Source: Escherichia phage AV125. From it: a DNA stretch of 64,000 nt. The translations under genes were made by a program, and so were the position numbers. The notes under the pieces were generated by a model. It was not told the DNA's origin. It saw only the letters and a list, made by a program, of their open reading frames with translations, and ran no database searches. Position 1 is the first letter of the stretch; every line of letters starts with the position of its first letter. Below are positions 29,706 through 39,311 of this stretch, one piece after another. Location: the sequence record OR352955.1, one strand, 5' to 3'.

Positions 29706-32700
29706 ATGGCAACATTCCCAACATATCCAGCAACGTCTCTCGAACAGGGCGTAGACCTGGTTATTTTCTCATCTAACCAACTCCATGATGTTATTAATGG
29801 AAGTGCTACAGAGAGTATTGAAACAGAATCAGGGTTGATACCAACCCTGAGAAAAGCCCTTGTTGACAACTTTTTCTTTAAAAGCCCATTGGATTGGGCG
29901 CAAGGCACAAACGAAACAGTTTTTAACCAACTTCGTTATTTCCAGAATGGAGTGTTGAGTGGTTATTACTATGCGCCTAATGCTACACTGGTAAACCCAA
30001 TTCCTATGCAAGGGACTCCAGTAGGAGATAACAACTGGGTATTGTGGGGACTGAAGACAGAACAACTAGCAACAGAAGTCACCCCTTGGGTATATTCTGG
30101 TGCAACTGGTTATGAAACAGTAATCAGTCCTCCCTACATCTTTGATAGTGCTATTGTTACAATCAATGGTGTTATTCAGGTTCTGGGAGAAGCTTTCCGC
30201 ATAGAAGATAGTAAAATCATTTTATCTGAACCTTTGGGACATGATCCTGCAACAGGACTGCCAAACAAGCTTTTTGCCTATATTGGTAAAATCGTAGCTT
30301 CCGCAGATACAGATCCTAACTTAGAAAACCGTCTTGTCAGTTTAGAAACAAAAACTGAAGAACTGACAGAAAGCATGGATAAAGTACCTTTACAAACTAT
30401 TGCTCGTAAATACGGTTTGTTGGATGATGAAGTAGCTTACGCAACAGCGGGTCAATCATTAACAGGGATTAAAGCTCTGTATGATCCAGTAGCACAATCT
30501 TCCTACACATTGCCTCCTAACATCACAGGGACTTTAACATCTTTGTCTGTTTCTGGAGTAATGACTTATTCTGGCGGATCTGTAGATCTTTCTGCATTAG
30601 CTGTTGAACGTGGACAGTTTGTTCATTTGCCTACAAGCTTTGGTAATAATGTAACTCTGACAGCTAAAAATCAGACGATTGGACGTGGTGCTGGTCGTTA
30701 TCGTTGGGCTGGAAGTTTACCAAAAAGTATTTTGGCCTCTGACACGTTAGAGACAAGTGGTGGATTAGGTCCAAACGCATGGGTTCTAACTAATACGGAA
30801 GGACTGTTAACCCCTCGTGGTGGAACATACAACGATTTATTCGATGTTGTCTACTTGTCAGAATTTGCTAACAATACAACTACCTATACCACACCAGAAG
30901 CAGCTTTCCAGGCGGCACTGTTAGCAGCAAAAGCTTCGAAAAGTAAGATTCTCGATGCTTACGGTTGCGATATGACTTTCACGACAAGCTCTTTTGATAT
31001 TCAAGGTATCACTTTGCGTGGTGGTGTGTTCCGTGGTCAACGCGACTATCGTGTGCAGAATGCTACAGTAGAAGGCACAACTTTCCGTAACTCTCGTGTT
31101 ATGTATTGGGGTGGTGCTGTGCGCATGTTCGATTGTTTGTGGGACGGTGCTCCTCGCGCAGGTCAAGTTGGTAGCTTGGTATTCCAAGGCAACCCAATAT
31201 CAGGTACTTTTGAAATTGATAATTGTACTTTTAAAAACGGGTTATATGGCATCCTTCAACAAGGGACAGGAGAACCAGTAACACGCGGTGTCTTCCGTAA
31301 CCTTACCTTCATGGACATGCAAGGTGATGCGATAGAACTGAACGTCATCAATAAACATTATGATGATGGTTGTGTGATTGAGAATATTTACCTGTCTAAT
31401 ATCGATGGGACTAACGCTCCTATTCCTCTGTCCAACTGGGGTATCGGTATCGGTGTAGCTGGTAAAGGACCATATGGTTACGGAATCCCTGATGATCAAT
31501 ATTGCAAGAATATTACAATTCGTAACGTTTTTGCAAAACGTTGCCGTCAGATTGTCCACGTAGAAGTTGGTCGTAATATTTCTATCGAAAACATTCATGG
31601 CGATCCAGATCAAACCGTATCTGTTGGGACAGGTTTGGCAACTGGCGCAGTTGTAATGTATGGAAGTAAAGATTTTACGATTGACGGTGTTTATGGAGAG
31701 CCTAAAACAGACGGTAGCACACTTGCAAGTAATATCCGTATGATTTATTTGGAGTGGGGAACTAACGCAGTTCTGGACGAAGAGGGTAATCCGGTAGTTC
31801 CGGCACAGGGTAGACCTTCAAACCCATGTTTTAACTATTCTGTTCGTAACATTCACACCAAAACTGGGCGTGTTTTTGCGGGAGTTTCCGCTGGGCCAGG
31901 TTATGAAAACAGAGTTAGCTTTGAAAATATTCGTTGCGCTGCATTGCAGTTGTTCGGTATAGCTTCTTGGCTTTCAATGTCTAACATCACCTGTAATATC
32001 TTCGATTGTGTTGGTCAACCTGAATCTGGTCCAGGAACATTTTATGATGGATTCTTCCGTAGAGAAAAATCTGTTCTTGAAATGGTTAACGTAAACTGTT
32101 ACCCAGATGGCAAGACGATGGTTACTGGTCGTCCACAGTGGAGCCGTTGCCGTTACTCGGATATTCATCGTGTCAACTGTAATGTTGAAGCTAATATGTA
32201 TACCAATATCGCAGGTGGTATTGGAGCTATTGTAGGGACAACGGGCAAAGTTTATTACTTAGAGCCTAATCCTAGTCGAAACATTGATGGAATGCATTTC
32301 CCAACAGGGAAAGAGTTTGACAAAGGTGATATGATAGTCAAAGCGGATAATACGTTCTTCCTTGTAACAACAAGTGGGGCATATATTCCAGATATCCCAG
32401 CTTTCGGTATTCGAGCTACACAGGCAGGAGATACCTTCCTGACACAGAACTTGACTCCTAACGGGACAGCAACAAATGCTTCTTGGTTGTATCATTACCC
32501 TCTGTCAGCAGGGACACGTATCCGTATTCCTGGTGCTGGTGTAGGTGGAGCAGATTTGGACACAGTTATTACTCGTGCACCTTATCAAGATAATGATACG
32601 TGGACTAACCCAGTTAAAATAGACATTGCAGATCCAATTGTAACGCCTACAAGTGCTGGAGTTAGAATTAAAACCATACCTAATGATTCCAGTAATGTTT

Positions 32701-32759
32701 CTGTAGGTAATACTGCGGTTATTCGCCCAACGCCAGTAGTAGATGTGCCAACAACCTAA
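29706..32759 (+). CDS. Tailspike/tail fiber (1017 aa) with beta-helix-like region
   Basis: Internal module RYRWAGSLPKSILASDTLETSGGLGPNAWVLTN shared with two other fiber genes; beta-helix-like repeats (ITIRNVFAKRC, ISIENIHGDP, SVRNIHTKTG); followed by a terminator. Confidence 0.5.
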   Translation: MATFPTYPATSLEQGVDLVIFSSNQLHDVINGSATESIETESGLIPTLRKALVDNFFFKSPLDWAQGTNETVFNQLRYFQNGVLSGYYYAPNATLVNPIPMQGTPVGDNNWVLWGLKTEQLATEVTPWVYSGATGYETVISPPYIFDSAIVTINGVIQVLGEAFRIEDSKIILSEPLGHDPATGLPNKLFAYIGKIVASADTDPNLENRLVSLETKTEELTESMDKVPLQTIARKYGLLDDEVAYATAGQSLTGIKALYDPVAQSSYTLPPNITGTLTSLSVSGVMTYSGGSVDLSALAVERGQFVHLPTSFGNNVTLTAKNQTIGRGAGRYRWAGSLPKSILASDTLETSGGLGPNAWVLTNTEGLLTPRGGTYNDLFDVVYLSEFANNTTTYTTPEAAFQAALLAAKASKSKILDAYGCDMTFTTSSFDIQGITLRGGVFRGQRDYRVQNATVEGTTFRNSRVMYWGGAVRMFDCLWDGAPRAGQVGSLVFQGNPISGTFEIDNCTFKNGLYGILQQGTGEPVTRGVFRNLTFMDMQGDAIELNVINKHYDDGCVIENIYLSNIDGTNAPIPLSNWGIGIGVAGKGPYGYGIPDDQYCKNITIRNVFAKRCRQIVHVEVGRNISIENIHGDPDQTVSVGTGLATGAVVMYGSKDFTIDGVYGEPKTDGSTLASNIRMIYLEWGTNAVLDEEGNPVVPAQGRPSNPCFNYSVRNIHTKTGRVFAGVSAGPGYENRVSFENIRCAALQLFGIASWLSMSNITCNIFDCVGQPESGPGTFYDGFFRREKSVLEMVNVNCYPDGKTMVTGRPQWSRCRYSDIHRVNCNVEANMYTNIAGGIGAIVGTTGKVYYLEPNPSRNIDGMHFPTGKEFDKGDMIVKADNTFFLVTTSGAYIPDIPAFGIRATQAGDTFLTQNLTPNGTATNASWLYHYPLSAGTRIRIPGAGVGGADLDTVITRAPYQDNDTWTNPVKIDIADPIVTPTSAGVRIKTIPNDSSNVSVGNTAVIRPTPVVDVPTT

Positions 32760-32765
32760 TGGAAT

Positions 32766-32790
32766 AGAGGGGGATTCCCCCTCTTCTTCC
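32766..32790 (+). terminator. Terminator hairpin after tailspike gene
   Basis: Stem AGAGGGGG / CCCCCTCT with a 3-nt loop, followed by TCTTCC. Confidence 0.45.
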
Positions 32791-32820
32791 AATAGAATGG
32801 TCTAATGATAGGAGAGATAA

Positions 32821-34845
32821 ATGAATTTAACAAGACCTAATAGTGCGATAGCCGATCTGGTAGAAGCTACTTATCGAAAACGTCGCAGCTTTGAGGCAGG
32901 TTTTACATTACGTAATTCCCGTGAAGTTTTGCTGTTAGCAGCAGAAGGGAATTATTACCAATGGAAAGGAACTTTTCCTAAAGTGGTTCCAGCAAACTCT
33001 ACGCCAGCCACCACAGGTGGTATTTCTTCCCTTGCATGGCAAAGTGTTGGGACCGCTGATGATATAGCAATTATCAATGCCAAGTTTACGGCAATGCAGC
33101 AACAAATTGATGATCTGTCGGAAACAATACCTGAAGCTGGTAAATCGGCTTATCAGATCGCACTTGATAATGGTTTTGTTGGAACAGAAGCACAGTGGCT
33201 TGCCTCTTTGAAAGGGGATACTGGTGCTCAACTTAATATTAAAGGATCATTAGCAAGTACTAGTGAACTACCATCCACAGGTAACGTTGCAGGGGATGGT
33301 TATATCGTAGGTGATGTAATCTACGCTTGGGATGGTTCTGTTTGGAAACTTATTTCTTCTCTTGGGCCAGAAGGTAAATCAGCTTACGAGGTATGGTTGG
33401 CAGATGGTAATACAGGATCTGTTTATGATTTCCTTACCTCTATAAAAGGTGATAAAGGCGATGTTGGTCCTACAGGGCCACAGGGAGCACCTGGTGTTAA
33501 CGCCAACGGTTTTGATTATCGTGGAGATTTGCCTTCTACAAGTAACTTACCACAACCTACCTCTGAAAACGTAAGCCAAGCTTATTCTATCAATGGTAAT
33601 CTTTATGTCTCTAATGGGACAGCTTGGGTCAACATGGGTAATATTGTTGGTCCTCAAGGTCCACAAGGCGAGGCAGGAAAAGACGGTCTAGATGGAACAG
33701 ATGGAGATGAAGGGAAATCTGCATATCAAAGTTGGCTGGATGCTGGTAATGAAGGGACAGAAGTAGATTTTATTGCCTCACTTAAAGGTCCAAAAGGAGA
33801 CAAGGGTGATCAAGGAGAGCGAGGTCCACAAGGTGAACTAGGTCCACAAGGACCAGTGGGTGCAACAGGATCAGGCTTAGAGATTATCGGGGTTCTGAAC
33901 AGCGAAGCTGAACTTCCTCCGACTGGAGAAGTAGGTGACGCATATAAAATTAATAATGATTTATATGTTTGGGTCCAAGATGCTACGGAATGGATGAATG
34001 TTGGCAGTCTTGGAGGAACATCAATTACAGCTAAAGGTCATGTTCCGAACAGTGAAGCTCTCCCTGTTTACAATAACTATGGTGATGCTTACTTAACTGA
34101 AGACACTAGTAATCTTTACATCTATACCTACGATCAAGACACCAATTCCGCATCTTTTGTTGACATGGGAAGTATTAAAGGCGACAAAGGTGAAAAAGGG
34201 GATAAAGGAGATAAGGGTGATCCTGGAACAAACGGAACCAACGGTACTGATGGGACCAACGGTAAGGACGGCGCACAGTGGTTTGTAGCAACAACTAATC
34301 CAGTCGCAGGAGACGGTGTTATCAATGATTACGCCTTCAATACTACCACTGGAGCAGTGTTTAAGAAAACAGATTCTTCTACGTGGACGCTTATAGGCAC
34401 TCTTCCTAGTATACCAGAAGCCCCTCAAGACGGCTTGACGTATGGTAGGTCTGATGGAAATTGGATCGAAATATCAGGATCAGATCCTACGGAAGCTATA
34501 ACACCAACTAGAGTTACAGCAGGTTTCATGGAACTTGAAACAACTACTGCCAACTCTGGAGCATCTTGGACTCCTTCTGGAACTTCCAATATGTATGTTG
34601 TTACAGTAACTGACGCTCTGACAGTTGGAGCATGGCCTGGTGTCACTGGCTCTACAAAACCTAAAGCGTTTTCAGCAATGATTTATTTGATTCAAGATAC
34701 AACGGGACACACGGTTACACTAGATGCGTCTTATGGAGCACTAAATGATACAGAAATAGCAACTACTGCTAACGCAGTAACAATTTTGCAATTAACGTAT
34801 CCTGGTGTGGGTGATATCGTGGACATGGTTGTTGTAACACGATAA
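32821..34845 (+). CDS. Tail fiber with collagen-like G-X-Y repeats
   Basis: Motif FPKVVPANSTPATTGG near the N-terminus; three GKSAY-x-WL-x-G-x-G repeats; several G-X-Y tracts (GPQGPQGEAGKDGLDGTDG; KGDKGEKGDKGDKGDPGTNGTNGTDGTNGKDG). Confidence 0.55.
   Translation: MNLTRPNSAIADLVEATYRKRRSFEAGFTLRNSREVLLLAAEGNYYQWKGTFPKVVPANSTPATTGGISSLAWQSVGTADDIAIINAKFTAMQQQIDDLSETIPEAGKSAYQIALDNGFVGTEAQWLASLKGDTGAQLNIKGSLASTSELPSTGNVAGDGYIVGDVIYAWDGSVWKLISSLGPEGKSAYEVWLADGNTGSVYDFLTSIKGDKGDVGPTGPQGAPGVNANGFDYRGDLPSTSNLPQPTSENVSQAYSINGNLYVSNGTAWVNMGNIVGPQGPQGEAGKDGLDGTDGDEGKSAYQSWLDAGNEGTEVDFIASLKGPKGDKGDQGERGPQGELGPQGPVGATGSGLEIIGVLNSEAELPPTGEVGDAYKINNDLYVWVQDATEWMNVGSLGGTSITAKGHVPNSEALPVYNNYGDAYLTEDTSNLYIYTYDQDTNSASFVDMGSIKGDKGEKGDKGDKGDPGTNGTNGTDGTNGKDGAQWFVATTNPVAGDGVINDYAFNTTTGAVFKKTDSSTWTLIGTLPSIPEAPQDGLTYGRSDGNWIEISGSDPTEAITPTRVTAGFMELETTTANSGASWTPSGTSNMYVVTVTDALTVGAWPGVTGSTKPKAFSAMIYLIQDTTGHTVTLDASYGALNDTEIATTANAVTILQLTYPGVGDIVDMVVVTR
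33448..34270 (+). repeat. Collagen-like G-X-Y triplet repeat region, coding
   Basis: Four interrupted G-X-Y tracts encoded within the 32821-34845 gene. Confidence 0.5.
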
Positions 34846-34849
34846 CAGA

Positions 34850-34874
34850 AGCCCCGAAAGGGGCTTTCTTTTTA
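34850..34874 (+). terminator. Rho-independent terminator after collagen-like fiber gene
   Basis: Stem AGCCCC / GGGGCT with loop GAAA, followed by TTCTTTTTA. Confidence 0.65.
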
Positions 34875-34886
34875 TGGAGGGTTTAA

Positions 34887-37559
34887 ATGTTTCCAATTCC
34901 AATATTTACTATTATGACCAGCACTGGTGTCGTTCCTCTGCCAGCAGGTATTGTTAAAAAAGTAATCACTTTAGATTACCCAGATAATGCTGGTAATTCT
35001 AATAGCAGTTTAGCAATTTTGCTTAATGATGGTAGATTGTTTACTCAAGGCGCAAACCTTTTTGGTGAGATTGCAGATGGAACTCGTAGTGCACGATTCA
35101 ATAATTTCCACTTAGCTTCTACTGTAGTAGCGGATGTGTTTACCGCAGATCGTTGTTTTGTTATTAAAACTAACAGTGGAGGATGGCAATATTCAGGATT
35201 GACAGCAGGATTGGTAGGATCTATAGCAGCAGGTGGTACGGACGCATGTGTAACTACTTGGACCAGCTTTCCATCTGTAATAACAGGGACTATCTCTTTA
35301 GCTAATCTTAAAGAGGTTAAGGGAGGATATAACAATACTCTCTGGTTAATGAATAGTGGTGTTCTTTATGGATCAGGTCAAAACACAGTAGGTAGTTTAG
35401 GTGCAAGTACTACTAACGAAGTTTCTACTCCTCGTCAGATAACAAGTGCAGCAGTTGCTTTTGATGCAGGTTACAACCAATGTTCTTATGTCAACAATGT
35501 GGGAACCTTGCGTGTTTGTGGAGCCAGTAAAGGTTTAGCAGGTAATAATAACACAACAACAGCTTTTGTCAATGCCAAGATATCCGCTACTGAAACAGTG
35601 TATGTCAAAGATTACATCAATACAGTTTCCCAGACAATAGTTGTAGGAGATACCTCCGGTGGCACGGGTGCAGTAAACTACTTATATGTTAGATCTAATA
35701 CAGAAACAACCTATACTAAACTGGATACCTTTGCAGCAGGTTTCTCAACATGGAAATTTCCACCAAGCCGCCACTCTTTTTTCGTTGGGATCAATAATTC
35801 CTTGTGGGCTATTGGTAAGAACTACACTGCAAACTTAGGTTTGGGGTATGATTCTGCGAGCGGAGATCCACTTCAAGTGGGAAAACCAGTTAAACCTGAA
35901 GGAGTGGGTTCCTGGGATATAAACAAGCTCACAAGCGTTCATACGCTGAATATGGATGTTACTAACCAATTAGGTTATCAAGGAACCTTTTTCGTTTATA
36001 ATGGAGATATGTATTATTCCGGTATTTGGAAAGATGGGAAAGCCTCGTATCTGTTCAATAGCGGTCTAAACTATAATAAATTCACACCAATAGCAAGCTC
36101 TGTGATTACAGGGGATGTGCTGGCAACTAGCTTAACTACAGATTCTTTAGGAATTTGTATTGTAGGTGGAACTAAACAGTTGACACATTCTGTTAGCCCA
36201 GAAGGAGGTAAACTTTTCAATATTAAATACACTTCTTCTGCCCCTGCAAACATGACAATATCATCTACTGGTTTAATGACTTTCCATGCAGAAGGTGGTT
36301 TTGATGCAGGTATGACATCCTTAAACGCTGAAGGAACAACTTTATCAGATACCTCTGGAGGATATGCTTCAACATTGAGCGTTTACACCCCTAGCTTATC
36401 TGCGATGGATGTAGGAACAACACAAACAATGGTAGCAGAAATAACGCCAACAGGAGCAGCAAGCTTACCTGGCATGGTTGTTGAGTATACAACTACAGAT
36501 CCTAGTGTTGCTACAGTAGATCCTACAACTGGTGTAATAACTGGTGTTGGTGATGGTGGTTGTAGGATTGGTTGCACAGCTACGTATCAAGGTGTTGTTA
36601 CCGCTTCCGATAGTTCTTATTTAACGGTGAATGCTGTTGCGGGAAAGGAGTTAGCTCCATCTCCGAGTAGTAGTTTAACGGTTCTAAACGGATATTTCAA
36701 CCACTCGGCAGATGGGGCAATTACGTTCCCAATTTTATCGGGTACTGTCACACCAGCTAACTTTGTAGTTAAGGTGGATGACGTTGTAATACCTTCAAAT
36801 AAAGTAATATTTAGAAATAAAGCTTTCTCTACAGTGGATAGTTATCCAGCAGGAGAATATAGACTGGCTATTGAATTTGCAAGTGCTTCAGTAGTGAATA
36901 GTGTTGATGTGTCTATGGAAGCAAATCCAAATCTTTTAGAATTATGGGGCGGCAACAGAATTGGTTATTCTACAAGCCCAGCCTCACAATTCTTAAAAGG
37001 TTGTGCTAACTTAAGACGAATAACTTCTGATTGTTTTAGTAACACATCTTACACCGGAACATCTATAAGTGGTATCTTCTCTGGCTGTACAAGTTTGACA
37101 GCTATCCCTGAAGGTTTATTCAGTGATACTTTATTTCCTTCAATGACAACAATGTCAAGCACGTTTGAAGGTTGTACATCTTTAACATCTATTCCTTCAG
37201 ATTTATTTAAGAATCTATCAAAAGTTACAAGATATTCTTACACCTTTAAAGATTGCACGTCTCTTGCAGAAGTTCCAGCAGGAATGTTTGATAATATTCC
37301 AACGAAAGTGACCTCTTTAACAGCTACATTCCAAGGTTGTTTAGCACTTACAGATTTTAATAAAATCTTTAATGACAACCCAGGGTTAACTGTTTGTGGT
37401 AAACGTGGAGCATTATCTTCTTTCTTTAGTGGATGCACAAATCTTACAGGAACAGGAACAACATTAACAAATACATTAGGCGGAGTAGCTAATAGTTACC
37501 TATTCAGGTATTGCACAAAACTTTCTGATTATAACAACATTCCTTCCAATTATAAATAA
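34887..37559 (+). CDS. Tail fiber-like protein with Ig-like (Big_2-type) and BspA-type leucine-rich repeat regions
   Basis: Ig-like segment TTDPSVATVDPTTGVITGVGDGGCRIGCTATYQGVV; C-terminal repeats of the form F-x-GCTSLT-x-IP (FSGCTSLTAIPEGLF, FEGCTSLTSIPSDLF, FKDCTSLAEVPAGMF, FQGCLALTDF); 890 aa. Confidence 0.45.
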   Translation: MFPIPIFTIMTSTGVVPLPAGIVKKVITLDYPDNAGNSNSSLAILLNDGRLFTQGANLFGEIADGTRSARFNNFHLASTVVADVFTADRCFVIKTNSGGWQYSGLTAGLVGSIAAGGTDACVTTWTSFPSVITGTISLANLKEVKGGYNNTLWLMNSGVLYGSGQNTVGSLGASTTNEVSTPRQITSAAVAFDAGYNQCSYVNNVGTLRVCGASKGLAGNNNTTTAFVNAKISATETVYVKDYINTVSQTIVVGDTSGGTGAVNYLYVRSNTETTYTKLDTFAAGFSTWKFPPSRHSFFVGINNSLWAIGKNYTANLGLGYDSASGDPLQVGKPVKPEGVGSWDINKLTSVHTLNMDVTNQLGYQGTFFVYNGDMYYSGIWKDGKASYLFNSGLNYNKFTPIASSVITGDVLATSLTTDSLGICIVGGTKQLTHSVSPEGGKLFNIKYTSSAPANMTISSTGLMTFHAEGGFDAGMTSLNAEGTTLSDTSGGYASTLSVYTPSLSAMDVGTTQTMVAEITPTGAASLPGMVVEYTTTDPSVATVDPTTGVITGVGDGGCRIGCTATYQGVVTASDSSYLTVNAVAGKELAPSPSSSLTVLNGYFNHSADGAITFPILSGTVTPANFVVKVDDVVIPSNKVIFRNKAFSTVDSYPAGEYRLAIEFASASVVNSVDVSMEANPNLLELWGGNRIGYSTSPASQFLKGCANLRRITSDCFSNTSYTGTSISGIFSGCTSLTAIPEGLFSDTLFPSMTTMSSTFEGCTSLTSIPSDLFKNLSKVTRYSYTFKDCTSLAEVPAGMFDNIPTKVTSLTATFQGCLALTDFNKIFNDNPGLTVCGKRGALSSFFSGCTNLTGTGTTLTNTLGGVANSYLFRYCTKLSDYNNIPSNYK

Positions 37560-37561
37560 GA

Positions 37562-37590
37562 AAAGGAGCCAAATGGCTCCTTTCTTTTAT
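37562..37590. terminator. Bidirectional terminator at the convergent junction
   Basis: 9-bp stem AAAGGAGCC / GGCTCCTTT with loop AAAT, flanked by A-rich sequence upstream and T-rich downstream; between the end of the plus-strand fiber gene and the end of the minus-strand HNH gene. Confidence 0.6.
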
Positions 37591-38018
37591 TCAGCGTTCA
37601 ACCCTTCACCATGTTCTTGATGCCAAGCCTCATGGTGTAGAGGGCACAGCCATAGAACATCTAACGGTTTATCATAATCACAATGATGAGCATGAACATC
37701 AACAGACCCACACACTTGGCAAGGTTGTTTTACTAACTTTCCATCTCGGAGTGCGTTACCAACTAAAACGTGAACACTACGCTTCTTGGGATTCTTTTCT
37801 TGCCAACGTTTTTTAGCCGCGTCCGCTTTATCCTTTCCTTTTCCTTTTACATACTTTTCTTTTGCTGCTTTACGATTAGGGTCTTGATCTCGTATACGGT
37901 CACGTTCTTTTAAGCAAGCTTTACAGGACGCCGTATAGCCATCTTTAGAAGCCTTCCTTACTTGGAACATGTTGAGAGGCTTTTCAGCCCCACAACACGA
38001 GCATAACTTACTGATCAA
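37587..38018 (-). CDS. HNH homing endonuclease (free-standing)
   Basis: C-terminal HNH motif HAHHCDYDKPLDVLWLCPLHHEAWH; N-terminal Cys cluster CSCCG...SCKAC. Confidence 0.6.
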   Translation of the reverse strand: MISKLCSCCGAEKPLNMFQVRKASKDGYTASCKACLKERDRIRDQDPNRKAAKEKYVKGKGKDKADAAKKRWQEKNPKKRSVHVLVGNALRDGKLVKQPCQVCGSVDVHAHHCDYDKPLDVLWLCPLHHEAWHQEHGEGLNAE

Positions 38019-38902
38019 AAAGGAATATCTTCGTCGAAGTCCATTGGAGGTTCTTCTTGATTACTTGGAGTTGGTTCTGGTTGTGGTTCAGGTTTCTTAA
38101 CTTCTTTCTTCTCTTCTTTCTTAGGCTGTTCTGCGGAACCACGAATGGCAGCAGCAACTTTATCAGACAGAGCCAGAACTTTACGAGCAGAATCAATCAG
38201 ATCTTCTACAGAGACAGTCTTGATGGTATGGTCTTTACAAGCATTGAGAATAGCGTGACCAACAGATGCCCCAAGATCATAATCATTAATATCAACGCCA
38301 CGAGATTCAGCAATTTCAGATTTCAGCGTGACAGTTGCAGATTGAACAACCCCAGCGATATCGAAAGCATCGCCTTTAACACCATTACGAATCAGTTCCA
38401 GTGCACCATTTACTGCGTGACCAGTTTCCAGACCTACAGTATCACGTTTTTTATAGGACTGCTTAGGAGCAGCATCGTTGGAACCTTTATTGCCAGAAGA
38501 TTTGTTAGACTTCTGAACACCATCGGTAGACAATACTGTAATACGAGATTTTTTAGTATTGTAGTAAGTTTTACCGCCTTTATTATCAACGCGATCAATA
38601 TCAATACTTACTTCTACACCTTTTTCAATAGTGATCCAATTATCACCTTCTTTGACTTGCAGGTTTTCATAACCTTCTTTCAGTTCAATGTCACCAAGAG
38701 AAATCCAAACACCTTTCTCATCTGGTTTAGCACCTTTCTCTTTCAGAACAAGAGAAGCTCGGTGAGTTGAAACAATCGTTTTTCCTTCCCAATGGAAGGT
38801 TTTAGGTTCAGCGAATTTATCCAGTTTAACGTAGTCTACGATACCAGTTGCATAAGTTACGGTTTTGCCTTTACGATCAGTTTCAGTATTAATTACGGAC
38901 AT
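38015..38902 (-). CDS. ssb: Single-stranded DNA-binding protein with E. coli SSB-like acidic C-terminal tip
   Basis: 295 aa; Pro/Glu/Lys-rich linker then terminal PMDFDEDIPF, closely resembling the bacterial SSB tip DFDDDIPF; located in the replication module. Confidence 0.5.
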   Translation of the reverse strand: MSVINTETDRKGKTVTYATGIVDYVKLDKFAEPKTFHWEGKTIVSTHRASLVLKEKGAKPDEKGVWISLGDIELKEGYENLQVKEGDNWITIEKGVEVSIDIDRVDNKGGKTYYNTKKSRITVLSTDGVQKSNKSSGNKGSNDAAPKQSYKKRDTVGLETGHAVNGALELIRNGVKGDAFDIAGVVQSATVTLKSEIAESRGVDINDYDLGASVGHAILNACKDHTIKTVSVEDLIDSARKVLALSDKVAAAIRGSAEQPKKEEKKEVKKPEPQPEPTPSNQEEPPMDFDEDIPF

Positions 38903-38918
38903 TATTATCTCCTCTACA

Positions 38919-39311
38919 TTACATTAATTTTGCACAGAAAGAGCGGAGTCTTTCCATATCATCTTGCTCTAACAGGTATTTACCTTTACCTATTCCAACC
39001 CCAATTTCACCATTAGGAAAATGAACTATTTGCACTGGGAAACCTCCGAGTTTAATTGTGGCAGCTTTGCCTTCTTCGTCTATAACGTTTCGGATTGTAT
39101 CTTGCAGTGAAATGAATTCTTTGTTTGTAACAGTGGTTTCAATTATTTCAGATGTTTCAACACGAGCAGTTAGCTTCTTGTTTCCACCTTGAATAACCAA
39201 AATTTGAAAATAAAAAGAGTTGTCAAGACCTACAACATTTTTCTCAACTAGTGTCAAACTGGTATAGTTTCCATAAACAGTTTCAACAGCTATCTTAGAA
39301 CGTTCAGTCAT
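38919..39311 (-). CDS. Hypothetical protein
   Basis: 130-aa ORF with consistent strand and spacing; no motif recognised. Confidence 0.3.
   Translation of the reverse strand: MTERSKIAVETVYGNYTSLTLVEKNVVGLDNSFYFQILVIQGGNKKLTARVETSEIIETTVTNKEFISLQDTIRNVIDEEGKAATIKLGGFPVQIVHFPNGEIGVGIGKGKYLLEQDDMERLRSFCAKLM

Noticed and set aside
19672-37100. TTGACA hexamers inside coding regions (e.g. 19672, 21011, 32316, 37086)
   Set aside because: No acceptable -10 element at 16-19 nt spacing and all lie inside ORFs; not called as promoters.
38057-38770. 237-aa plus-strand ORF overlapping the SSB gene
   Set aside because: Antisense to the SSB gene in a uniformly minus-strand region; Phe/Asn-rich low-complexity translation; no RBS.
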